Of a stretch of DNA of 64,000 bases, positions 50,788 through 59,839 are shown one piece after another. The DNA is from Gemmatales bacterium (GTDB taxonomy: Bacteria > Planctomycetota > Planctomycetia > Gemmatales > HRBIN36). Every line of letters begins with the position of its first letter. The first letter of the stretch is position 1. Under the pieces are notes generated by a model, which ran no database searches, had not been told where the DNA came from, and saw only the letters and a program-made list of their open reading frames with translations. Location of the stretch: NCBI GenBank assembly GCA_041640595.1, contig JBEPZY010000001.1, positions 128,001 through 192,000 on the forward strand. The letters are read 5' to 3'. Position numbers and translations under genes: made by a program.

Positions 50788-52593
50788 ATGAGCAAGCAGC
50801 GACTGGTCGCCTGGAGTGCTGTGTTAGTTAGTGCAGGCTGGCTCACCGCAACTTTTGCGGTCCTGGCCAATGACGATGCTCGTCCGACAGCCACCTGGCG
50901 AGTGGCTGTGGTTCGGCTGGGCGGAAATATGGAAGAAACGCCTACCGCTCCTGATCCGCTTCTGGGTATCCAGACGGAGAACCTGAAAACACGCATGGAC
51001 CGAATCCTTCGCGCGGCACGGGATAAGCAGGTGCAGGCGTTGTTGTTACGCATTGATTCCCTGGACGTTGGTTGGGGCCGGGTTGCCGAACTTCGCCAGG
51101 CAATCCAGGAATTTCGCCGCAGCGGCAAACCATGCTTTGCCTGGCTGGAATCGGGCGGTTTGCATGAATATCTTGTTGCTGCCGCTTGTGACGAAATTAT
51201 TATGCCGGAGTCCGGTTTGCTTATGTTAACCGGCCTGCGAATGCAGATGTTTTTCTATAAAGACCTCCTGGATAAGATCGGCGTGCAGGCGGACATGATC
51301 CAGATGGGTGATTTCAAAGGGGCTGCTGAACCGTATATTCGCAATCGTATGTCGCCTGCCTTGAAACAACATCTCGAATCGGTGCTCGATGACTTATATA
51401 GTTACGTTGTGCAAACGATTGTGGAATCCCGTAAGCGAAACGGTCTCAGTAATGATAAGGTGCGCAGCTTACTGGATCAAGGCCCCTTTACGCCGAAACA
51501 GGCTCTGAAATTCGGCCTCATCGATCGGGTTGCTTACGAAAGCGACTGGGAGAAAAGCTTAGGGGAAACTAAGAAAGTCAAGGTGCAACTGGTAGCCGAC
51601 TACGGCAAGCCGAAACCACGAGAGCCCGGTTTGCTGGATTTCTTCAAGCTCTTCGCCCCGCCGACGGAACCACGACTCAGCGACCGGCCGAAAATTGCCC
51701 TTATTTACGCCGTTGGCGTCATTATGGAAGGGCAGGGTACTCCTTCGCTTTTCGGGGAATCCGTCGTCGGATCACACACTTACGTACAGGCCATTCGTCG
51801 TGCTGAGCAAGAACCCTCTATCAAGGCCATTGTCCTGCGGGTGGATAGTCCTGGTGGCTCGGCACTGGCCAGCGACTTAATTTGGCGGGAGCTGGATAAG
51901 TGTACCAAACCGGTAATTGTTAGTATGGGCGACGTGGCTGCCAGCGGGGGTTATTATATAAGCATGGCAGCTCGCCGAATCTTTGCCGAGCCTGCGACCA
52001 TCACTGGTAGCATCGGGGTAGTTGGTGGTAAGCTAACCATCAAGGGCTTGATGGACAAAATTGGACTAACGACTGACACAATTGATCGCGGCAGCAATGC
52101 CGGACTGTTTTCGTTGACTGAACCGTGGACGGATAAACAAAAGGAAACAGTCACGGCTCTGATGCGTGAGGTATATGATCAGTTCCTGGATAAAGCGCTG
52201 GCTGGTCGCCGTCGTGCCGGTCAGAAGTTAACGCGTGAAGACTTAGAAAAATTAGCCGGGGGCCGAATCTGGACGGGCCGTCAGGCGAAAGAGCGGGGAT
52301 TAGTGGATGAAATCGGCACCTTAGCCGACGCGCTCGCTTATGCCAAAAAGCAGGCCGGGTTCGATCCGGATCAAGATGTTGAAATTTATATCCTGCCACG
52401 TCCTAAGTCACCGCTGGAAATGCTGGTCGAAAGCTTCCTGGAAACGCATTCGCCAAATCCTCTGGTGCAATTGCAGCGATATGCCGAGACGTATCCCGAA
52501 TTGAAGCAGCATCTCCGTGAGGTTATGGTGCTCTGGCACCTAAGGCGCGAACTGGCCTGGACTTATCAGCCCTTATTTTTCCGGATTCGCTAA
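50788..52593 (+). CDS. sppA: Signal peptide peptidase SppA, long form (S49)
   Basis: Two S49 domains; GDFKGAAE (Lys), VDSPGGS, AASGGYY (Ser), TGSIGV, GRIWTG.QA. Confidence 0.95.
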   Translation: MSKQRLVAWSAVLVSAGWLTATFAVLANDDARPTATWRVAVVRLGGNMEETPTAPDPLLGIQTENLKTRMDRILRAARDKQVQALLLRIDSLDVGWGRVAELRQAIQEFRRSGKPCFAWLESGGLHEYLVAAACDEIIMPESGLLMLTGLRMQMFFYKDLLDKIGVQADMIQMGDFKGAAEPYIRNRMSPALKQHLESVLDDLYSYVVQTIVESRKRNGLSNDKVRSLLDQGPFTPKQALKFGLIDRVAYESDWEKSLGETKKVKVQLVADYGKPKPREPGLLDFFKLFAPPTEPRLSDRPKIALIYAVGVIMEGQGTPSLFGESVVGSHTYVQAIRRAEQEPSIKAIVLRVDSPGGSALASDLIWRELDKCTKPVIVSMGDVAASGGYYISMAARRIFAEPATITGSIGVVGGKLTIKGLMDKIGLTTDTIDRGSNAGLFSLTEPWTDKQKETVTALMREVYDQFLDKALAGRRRAGQKLTREDLEKLAGGRIWTGRQAKERGLVDEIGTLADALAYAKKQAGFDPDQDVEIYILPRPKSPLEMLVESFLETHSPNPLVQLQRYAETYPELKQHLREVMVLWHLRRELAWTYQPLFFRIR

Positions 52594-52665
52594 GCTCTCG
52601 GGGACGCAAAAACCTTAGAAGCATCATCGGCGGTCAGAAGGTGGTGTCCGCATAGAGTCGCCAGT

Positions 52666-53679
52666 TTACTTCATGAACCCGGTCCGGGTAAGTGCTTGGC
52701 GGACGAGGGCCCGACTAAATTCGGCATGGCTCCAGCCAGCAGCTTTCAAGGAGCGACTGAAGCCGGCGTCGGGGTGATAGCCAGGGTTGGGATTAACTTC
52801 CAGAATTTTCGGTTGGCCTGACTGATCCAGGCGTAGATCAATGCGAGCGTAGTGTCGGCAACCGAGAGCAAGAAATGCGTCGCGGGCAAGATGGCTTAGT
52901 TTGCGTTCTAAGTCAGGGTCTATGTGGGCTGGACATACAGGGCGGGTGCACCGGTCAGCGTGAGAGCCAGGAGACCACTTGGCGGAATAAGTCACGACAG
53001 GCCAGGGATGTTCAGCATCGCATTGGAAAACTATTTCCGAAACGGGCAGTACTTGTACGTGCCCTATTTCGATCACGCTAACATTGAATTCCCGACCGGG
53101 CAGGAATTCCTGGATCAAAATCGGGCCATATTGCTGCAAGAGCGAACTAGCGCGATGCAGTAGTTCGCCCCGGTCAAGTACCACATTAGTCAGGTCAATT
53201 CCTATGCTGGCATCTAAATAAGCGGGCTTGATAAATACGGGGAACTCGATTGGTAATCTAGCAAGTGCGGGGCTTAATCCGTCGGGTGACTCGATAAAGA
53301 TGCTTAGGGGGACTGGTAAGCCAGCTTGTTGGAGGCGGGAAATTGCGGATAACTTATCCCGACATAATTCCAGAGCCGTAGCTGAGTTACCAGTAAACGG
53401 GACACATGCTTGCTCTAAGTGTTTCGCTGCCAGTACTTCACTGCCATCCCCGAGACCGAAACCCTCGAAAAGATTGAAGACGACGTGCGGTGGTTCCGTG
53501 TAAAGACGCTGCACCCAGGCAAAGTCTGGCTCGGCTGGCCACAATTCTGGTTGCCAGTCGGCAACTCGCAATTCGTCCGCAACTAACTGAGCAATTTCAA
53601 CTATCTCCCATTCACTCGCGGCCTCTGGGTGATTAGCCGGAAGCTGCGGCTGATTGTATAGTACGGCGATACGCAGCAT
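52666..53679 (-). CDS. D-Ala--D-Ala ligase-like ATP-grasp protein
   Basis: VFNLFEG, PFTG, FPVFIKP, QEFLPGREF, YARIDLR, LEVNPNPG; the N-terminus lacks the GGxSxE motif of canonical Ddl. Confidence 0.88.
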   Translation of the reverse strand: MLRIAVLYNQPQLPANHPEAASEWEIVEIAQLVADELRVADWQPELWPAEPDFAWVQRLYTEPPHVVFNLFEGFGLGDGSEVLAAKHLEQACVPFTGNSATALELCRDKLSAISRLQQAGLPVPLSIFIESPDGLSPALARLPIEFPVFIKPAYLDASIGIDLTNVVLDRGELLHRASSLLQQYGPILIQEFLPGREFNVSVIEIGHVQVLPVSEIVFQCDAEHPWPVVTYSAKWSPGSHADRCTRPVCPAHIDPDLERKLSHLARDAFLALGCRHYARIDLRLDQSGQPKILEVNPNPGYHPDAGFSRSLKAAGWSHAEFSRALVRQALTRTGFMK

Positions 53680-53685
53680 AATAAC

Positions 53686-54936
53686 TCAGGGCTCTACCCG
53701 TCTCAAAGTATACGTGTGCGTTTGTGGCGAAGCAAGCTGATCAAGGTCAGCATCAGTGTTAGCGAGCAAGCGATCTAACTCGGCAAACTCCGAGGGAAAC
53801 GTAGGATTGCCAGCGTTGCCGCCACCAGGTTTGGAACGCCGACCGTAGATATATTCGCCATTGTGCGCCCGCCAGCGATGGAAGAATAAGAGGTCTTTTT
53901 CGATGACCTTTTGCCGCAACTGGCGAACCTGCTGGTAAGCGGGATCGGCAGTCAAAACCAGGCCCTGCTGCCACTCTTTAGCAGAAGCACGAACAATAGG
54001 CTTACCATCGCACAAAAGTTCATAAGTTCCCCCAGGTAAGCCGGAAATTTGCAAACGGCGATGGGCAGCGTCGTGGTCTGCGTTTTCCGGTGCACCTTCC
54101 GGAGCTGGATTGGGCAAGATAAGATCGCGGGCGGTAAAGCTCAAACCGTCTGCTTTCCAGTTTAGATGCTGCAACTGCGTTCCGTGGGCTGCGAGAAGTT
54201 GTTGCTTCGGGAAATCAAGTATCACCTGCCACCGGAGGGTGAGACCAAGCTGCTCTGCCAGTACTTCACTGAGCCGCCAGTAACCGTAGCGATTCAGGTG
54301 GACACTGTTTTCGGTCAGGGTAGCTGATTTAGCGGTAGTTTGCGGGATGAGGGTATTATAGAGGTCTACGTAAAGGGCTCCGGTCTCGCGGGCAAGCTGA
54401 CGCGTTGCGTCGCTATACAGTCGGGCGTTTTCGTTAAAAGCCGACGGATTGGGAAACGGCGGGCCCAGGTCTTCATGGCGTATCGGTGACAGGATGACTA
54501 TCTTTGCGCCTGTTCGCGCGAGCATTTCCAACTGACGGCGATAAGCTTTTAAGTAAGCCTGCAGCCCAGCCTGACCGTCGTAGGCTTCGTTATTGCCGAA
54601 ACTAACGAGAATGACAGAGGGTTTCTGTGCCTTGAGATGTAGCTCCATGCTTCCGAAGTTTAGAGGACGGAGCTGCACGTGAACGGTGTCACCGGGCCAG
54701 GCCAGGTTGCGAAAACTAAGTTTTCGACCTGGAAAACGCGAGCGAAACATCGTCTCAAGCATGCCATAATGGCGGTCCCTTTCTAATAATGTGTTCCCGT
54801 AATAAACAATCCGGTCGCCATCCTGAAGCTCTAATAGAGCTCTAGAAGCTGGTTTAGCGACCTCCTGAGACTGGATGGAGACGCCAGCCAGGGTCGCTGT
54901 TCCCAGGATAAGCACAGTTCTAAGTATTAGCCGCAT
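53686..54936 (-). CDS. Exported SGNH/GDSL-like protein
   Basis: Signal peptide; GDRIVYYGNT, RNLAWPGD, FGNNE, ENSVHLN. Confidence 0.8.
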   Translation of the reverse strand: MRLILRTVLILGTATLAGVSIQSQEVAKPASRALLELQDGDRIVYYGNTLLERDRHYGMLETMFRSRFPGRKLSFRNLAWPGDTVHVQLRPLNFGSMELHLKAQKPSVILVSFGNNEAYDGQAGLQAYLKAYRRQLEMLARTGAKIVILSPIRHEDLGPPFPNPSAFNENARLYSDATRQLARETGALYVDLYNTLIPQTTAKSATLTENSVHLNRYGYWRLSEVLAEQLGLTLRWQVILDFPKQQLLAAHGTQLQHLNWKADGLSFTARDLILPNPAPEGAPENADHDAAHRRLQISGLPGGTYELLCDGKPIVRASAKEWQQGLVLTADPAYQQVRQLRQKVIEKDLLFFHRWRAHNGEYIYGRRSKPGGGNAGNPTFPSEFAELDRLLANTDADLDQLASPQTHTYTLRRVEP

Positions 54937-55114
54937 GGTAGTGTTGTCCTGTAAAATGACGTCTAAGCCGGGCAGCCTAGCGAATTAGCGAGGGCATGAG
55001 GTTCGGGACAGTCGCTATGCTTAGCGTCCTATCCGGACCAAGGATTTAGTCTGGGTGCGGTGGGCCGCATGGGATGGCATCACTAACTTGCCAATTATAC
55101 GAACTGGGCGGAAT

Positions 55115-57256
55115 ATGGCACAGAGTTTGTGGAAGATTCTAGGTGCGGCAATCCTGGTAGGCCAACTGGTGTGCTTAAATGGCGCCGCAAGGTGGCGCTG
55201 CAGCGCCAGTGCCGCAGCGCTAGCTGGCGGCCAGTCGCGGCAAGATTCACCAAATAATCGGTCGGGAGGAATCGCTGGTAGGATGGGAAAAATATCGAAG
55301 ATGGGGAACGGTGATGGCGAGAGCTCGCCATCTGTGGCAGCTGCAAGCCGACGATGGACGAGCGCCGAAATTAAAGAGTTTGCGGATGGGTTTATGGAGG
55401 AGCGGATGAGTCGCTTTTCCATACCCGGGGCAGGGCTGGCAGTGGTGGCCGACGGCCAGGTGCTGTTCACCGCGAGCTACGGATGGGCGGACCTTGATCG
55501 CCGAGAACCGGTCTCGGTGCAGGAGACGGTCTGGCCCGTGGCATCGGTGAGCAAATTGTTCACAGCGACGGCTGCCATGCGGTTGGTGGAAGAAGGCAAA
55601 CTCGATTTAGACCGGGATTACCGTGATGTGGTGCCAGGGCTGGCCTGTTGCGTGCACGGTCCGGTCACGCTCCGCGGTTTGCTGACCCACACGGCCGGGC
55701 TCGAAGAAGACAATTTCGGCATGGTGAGGCTGGGTGTGGGACCACTGGTGCCGCTGGAAGATTACCTGCGACGGTGCCGATTGCGACAGCGCCGACCTCC
55801 CGGTCAGCGAATCCATTACTGCAACCACGGCATGGTCGTGGTCGGTCGGCTGATCGAATGGGCCAGCGGCGTGCGATACGAAGATTATGTGCGGCAGGCG
55901 ATACTTGAGCCGCTGGGAATGCACCGAAGCGGATTTGCCTGGGACGAGGATTTGCTTTCGCATCTGGCGAAGGGATACGAAGCGGTGGGCAATGGCTGGC
56001 GAGCCATCCCGACTGATACGATTCTGGCCACGCCTTCCGGGGGTTTGAAGGCCAGCGTGGCGGATATGTCGAAGTTTCTCCTGCTGCACACCGGTGATGG
56101 CAGCGTGGGCGGGCGAAGGATTCTGCGGGCGGAAACTTTGGCGACGATGCAGCGGCCTCATTTCCGATTCGCGCCGCAGGCGGCGGGGATGGCTCTGGGT
56201 TTCTGGGAACGGAGGCAGAATGGCCTGGAGGGAGTGGAACATGGCGGGGCGATTCGAGGATACTCCTGCTTACTGACGGTCTGGCCTGCGGAGAGGCTGG
56301 GAGTTTTTGTGATCGCCAACTGTCAGCAGGTGGCTTTTGGCGAGGAGTTCGTAAGCGCATTTCTCGAGCGCTTTTATCCGATAATGGGCCACACGTCCGA
56401 GGATCACAATGAGCCAGCGCGAGCAAAGGGCGACAGCTCGAATCCTCACGGTGAAAGCGTGGCAGACGGCAACGCTGCTGGGGGATCGTCGGGGCACAAG
56501 CTGGCGAAAACGGTCGGCCTCACGGTCGAACCGATGGTGCCGCTCGAACGTTTTGCCGGAACCTACTACCTGGAGCGTTATCGTCCGGAATCGCTGGAGA
56601 AACTGCACGGTTTGTTTGCCGAGTTGGAGGTGCGGTTGTGCGGAGACGGCGAGCTGGAGATGCGGTTTCCGCTCGATACGCTACCGGCCTGGCGAATCCG
56701 ACGGGAGTCGGCGACACTGTTTCGGGAGGTGCGAACAGGTCGGCCCGTGGTGTTTCTGCTGGACGAAGCTGGCTGGCCGGTTCACGTGGCGGTGAATGCG
56801 GTTTTGTGCGGTGAGCGTGCCCGCTGGTACGAGCGTAGCACCACGCATCTGGCGGTGGCAAGTGGTTTACTGATCGGCTGGCTCATCGGGCTGGGCCGCA
56901 CCGTTCGCCATGTCGGAAAATGGCGCCGGAGATCGGAAAATGCATTACAAGAGCGGGGTTGGCAAGTCTGGTATGCGATATATTGCGGAGTGGGATTGGC
57001 GTGGATGCTGGGCCTGGTAGGCGTGTTGGTGGGCGTGGATAGCTGGCGATTTACTTACGGTGTGCCCTGGTGGTTGCGGGCGGGGTTGGCATTGCCGCTT
57101 CTGGGCATGGTTGCCTTTTTCGTAGCCGGCGCGAAACTGTTTCGAGGTTCCGACAAGTCCGCTCGATGGCGTCGCTGGTTGTGGCTGGCAGACACACTGG
57201 TGGTGCTGGTCTGGCTGGTCGAAATTGCTTACTGGCGATTATGGCCGTGGGGCTGA
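55115..57256 (+). CDS. Serine hydrolase (class C beta-lactamase/PBP-like) with C-terminal TM helices
   Basis: ASVSK (SxxK), LLTHTAG, YCN (YxN), EHGG; about 4 C-terminal TM segments. Confidence 0.9.
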   Translation: MAQSLWKILGAAILVGQLVCLNGAARWRCSASAAALAGGQSRQDSPNNRSGGIAGRMGKISKMGNGDGESSPSVAAASRRWTSAEIKEFADGFMEERMSRFSIPGAGLAVVADGQVLFTASYGWADLDRREPVSVQETVWPVASVSKLFTATAAMRLVEEGKLDLDRDYRDVVPGLACCVHGPVTLRGLLTHTAGLEEDNFGMVRLGVGPLVPLEDYLRRCRLRQRRPPGQRIHYCNHGMVVVGRLIEWASGVRYEDYVRQAILEPLGMHRSGFAWDEDLLSHLAKGYEAVGNGWRAIPTDTILATPSGGLKASVADMSKFLLLHTGDGSVGGRRILRAETLATMQRPHFRFAPQAAGMALGFWERRQNGLEGVEHGGAIRGYSCLLTVWPAERLGVFVIANCQQVAFGEEFVSAFLERFYPIMGHTSEDHNEPARAKGDSSNPHGESVADGNAAGGSSGHKLAKTVGLTVEPMVPLERFAGTYYLERYRPESLEKLHGLFAELEVRLCGDGELEMRFPLDTLPAWRIRRESATLFREVRTGRPVVFLLDEAGWPVHVAVNAVLCGERARWYERSTTHLAVASGLLIGWLIGLGRTVRHVGKWRRRSENALQERGWQVWYAIYCGVGLAWMLGLVGVLVGVDSWRFTYGVPWWLRAGLALPLLGMVAFFVAGAKLFRGSDKSARWRRWLWLADTLVVLVWLVEIAYWRLWPWG

Positions 57257-57322
57257 ATCCGGACTGCTAACGCCGCAGAAAATCGCTATGCTAGCAGTAT
57301 AGCGGGAACTTACGGAGCCGAG

Positions 57323-58495
57323 GTGAGGATGGTAATTGTAGCGACGCACGTGTGGACACTGGGCGATTGGTGGGTGCTGCTGGGATTCCACGTTCTCATT
57401 GCGTTGATGCTGGCACTGGATCTGGGAGTGTTGCAGCGTCGGCCGCATGTGCCTGGTTTTACGGAGGCGGCTTTATGGAGTCTGGTGTGGATTGTTCTAG
57501 CCCTGGTGTTCGCGGGCGTGATCTGGTGGGGCTATGACTGGTGGCACCCGGAAGCGGATGCGGAAATGTGTCAGGAGAAAGCCATCGAATACCTGACCGG
57601 GTATATCATCGAGAAGGCGCTGTCGGTGGACAATTTGTTCGTGTTTCTGGTGATCTTCCGCTATTTTGCGGTGCCGCCGCATTTGCAGCATCGGGTGCTG
57701 TTCTGGGGAATCGTCGGGGCGATTCTCATGCGAGCCAGTTTGATCCTGGCTGGCTATGTGCTCCTGACGTTGTTCCACTGGATGACTTACCTGTTCGGGT
57801 TGCTGTTGCTGTACACCGGCTGGCGGTTGTTCTGGTCGGTGGAAGAGGAAATCGATCCGGGGCGAAATCCGGTGCTGCGGCTGATGCAACGGATTCTGCC
57901 TATCGAGAAGTCCTACGCCAGCGAACGGTTCTGGGTCAAACGCGAGGGGAAATGGTACGCCACCCCGCTACCGCTGGTGCTCCTGGTGGTAGAAACCACC
58001 GACCTGCTGTTCGCCCTCGATTCCATCCCGGCCATTTTCGCGGTGACTGACGATGTGTTCGTCGTGTACACCTCGAACATATTTGCGATTCTGGGATTGC
58101 GGGCGCTGTATTTTCTACTGGCCGGGTCGCTGTTGCGTTTTCGGTTTTTGAATGAAGGACTGTCGGCGGTGCTGGTGTTCGTCGGGCTGAAGATGCTGTC
58201 GCAGGATGTGCTCAAACATTACGGCTATGAAATTCCGCCCTTGCTTTCGCTGGGTGTGGTGGGTGGCATTCTCGGTGTGGCCGTGGTGGCTTCGTTGCTG
58301 TGGCCAGGAGAAGTACTGCGTCGGCCACCGGAAGCGGCGGCGTTCTTCGAGCCGCCTCCAGAACAGGGAGGCGAAAACCCTGCCGAAACGGAGCCGGCTG
58401 CACAAATGCCGCACGGCGTGCCACCGGTTTCGCCGAACCCATCGCCGGCCTCACCTGCCGCCAGCCCGACAACTCCCCCACCCGCCGACGGCTAA
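57323..58495 (+). CDS. TerC/Alx family membrane protein (putative Mn2+ exporter)
   Basis: EKALSVDNLFVF, QHRVLFWGI, DLLFALDSIPAIFAVT, YTSNIFAILGLRALYF; Pro-rich tail. Confidence 0.95.
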   Translation: MRMVIVATHVWTLGDWWVLLGFHVLIALMLALDLGVLQRRPHVPGFTEAALWSLVWIVLALVFAGVIWWGYDWWHPEADAEMCQEKAIEYLTGYIIEKALSVDNLFVFLVIFRYFAVPPHLQHRVLFWGIVGAILMRASLILAGYVLLTLFHWMTYLFGLLLLYTGWRLFWSVEEEIDPGRNPVLRLMQRILPIEKSYASERFWVKREGKWYATPLPLVLLVVETTDLLFALDSIPAIFAVTDDVFVVYTSNIFAILGLRALYFLLAGSLLRFRFLNEGLSAVLVFVGLKMLSQDVLKHYGYEIPPLLSLGVVGGILGVAVVASLLWPGEVLRRPPEAAAFFEPPPEQGGENPAETEPAAQMPHGVPPVSPNPSPASPAASPTTPPPADG

Positions 58496-58773
58496 AGCGA
58501 TGGTGCATCAGCCCGCCGTGGGTTTGGTAACGCAATTGCAATTGCGGACGCATTCGTCCAGCGACAGGCGTCAGCCCGCCGCCGGTCGGAAACCACGTCT
58601 GCAACGGCAACGCGCTGGATTTCCGCATTTCGAGTTCGCATACCGAGAACATCCCACGGGGGGCTGACGCCCCCCGCTCTTGGTGCAGTGCGAACGTTTG
58701 CCGGCGAAAAAAACGATTTTTTCGATGCACGAACGCACATTCACAAGAGCGGCGGTGCGTCAGCCCGCCGTGG
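58494..58773. repeat. Cluster of four REP-like palindromic repeats (consensus AAGAGCGGCGGGCGTCAGCCCGCCGTGG)
   Basis: Copies at about 58494-58521 (+), 58559-58585 (+, degenerate), 58654-58682 (-) and 58744-58773 (+). Confidence 0.85.
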
Positions 58774-58849
58774 TACGGTAAGGTAATTGCAGCGGGGTTT
58801 GCGGACAGGCGAGCGGATGGTCGGCTCGACGGCGAGGCGGGGCCGGTTA

Positions 58850-59182
58850 TCAGCGCCAGCGTTCGTAATAGAAGCCGAAGCCGGGGCCGATATAAACGCC
58901 GGTTGCGGAGCGGTAGTAATAGGTCGTCGGCGGATACCAGGGATCCACGACGATCACAGGAGCCGGTCGCACCACCACAGGCGCATAAGGGTCGTAAACG
59001 ACAACGGGCGAACCCACCACGACAGGTGGCGGAGCGACCACCACGGGAGCCCCGAAGCTGACGGAGAAACCGACTACCGTGCGGGGTCGAAAACGCCAAT
59101 GGTCTGCCTGAGCCGGGCCCGCAATTGCCAGGCTCGCTGCCAGCGCTGCCAATCCCAGCAGGCTTACTTTTGTCCGCAGCAT
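58850..59182 (-). CDS. Small secreted Pro/Val/Tyr-rich hypothetical protein
   Basis: GAAGGAGG Shine-Dalgarno; signal peptide ending AQA; PVVVxP repeats. Confidence 0.75.
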   Translation of the reverse strand: MLRTKVSLLGLAALAASLAIAGPAQADHWRFRPRTVVGFSVSFGAPVVVAPPPVVVGSPVVVYDPYAPVVVRPAPVIVVDPWYPPTTYYYRSATGVYIGPGFGFYYERWR

Positions 59183-59294
59183 GATTCGCCTCCTTCGGTC
59201 AAGCGGTTCGCATGATGCTTCGCCGTCTTCCACGCCGTCCTATTCCCCATCTCTTATTCAGCATTCCCCCGTTCCCAATCCTTACCACCGGCGG

Positions 59295-59336
59295 CAACTG
59301 GCCACTGGTCACTGACCACCGGCCACTGGTCACTTG
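59295..59336. repeat. Tandem heptamer repeats, (C/T)CACTGG-like, 6 units
   Basis: CAACTGG CCACTGG TCACTGA CCACCGG CCACTGG TCACTTG. Confidence 0.75.
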
Positions 59337-59376
59337 CCGCTGCACGGGCGGTTCCGAAAGTAAGACGCCGAGCCAT

Positions 59377-59820
59377 TCAGCAACTTGCGCCTGGTGTGCA
59401 CGACTGGCAGAGATACTCGGCGATTTTTTCCCAGATGGCGTCGCGGACCCGGCGGAAAACGGCCAGGCGTTCCTCTTCGGTACCGACGAAACTGGCGGGG
59501 TCTTCGAATGGCCAGTGCAATCGCTGGAAATCGCCGGGCAGGTACGGGCAATGTTCGCGGGCCTGGTCGCAGACGGTGATGAGCAAATCCAGCCGGTCGG
59601 TTTCAACCTCGTGGATACTCTTGCTGCGCAGTCCAGCGACAGGCACGCCACGTTCCTGGAGCACCTGCACAGTCAGAGGATGGACACCCTTGGGATGCGT
59701 CCCGGCACTGACGACTTCGTACCGATCGCCGGCCAAGTGTCGCCAGATGGCTTCTGCAAGAATGCTGCGGCACGAGTTGCCGGTGCACAGAATAAGCACC
59801 CGCTTTTTCGACGGGGTCAT
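59377..59820 (-). CDS. arsC: Thioredoxin-coupled arsenate reductase (LMW-PTP fold)
   Basis: CTGNSCRS P-loop; ITVCDQAREHCP resolving cysteines; HWPFEDP. Confidence 0.9.
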   Translation of the reverse strand: MTPSKKRVLILCTGNSCRSILAEAIWRHLAGDRYEVVSAGTHPKGVHPLTVQVLQERGVPVAGLRSKSIHEVETDRLDLLITVCDQAREHCPYLPGDFQRLHWPFEDPASFVGTEEERLAVFRRVRDAIWEKIAEYLCQSCTPGASC

Positions 59821-59839
59821 GGTGCACCTCAGCCGGCGA

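Noticed and set aside
57257..57322. yybP-ykoY Mn riboswitch before TerC
   Set aside because: Gap is only about 66 nt and no recognisable structure was seen
58494..58773. Possible CRISPR array
   Set aside because: Repeats are in mixed orientation, degenerate and irregularly spaced, with no cas genes
58212..59099. 295-aa minus-strand ORF across the repeat cluster
   Set aside because: Translates REP-like repeats and overlaps two better-supported genes
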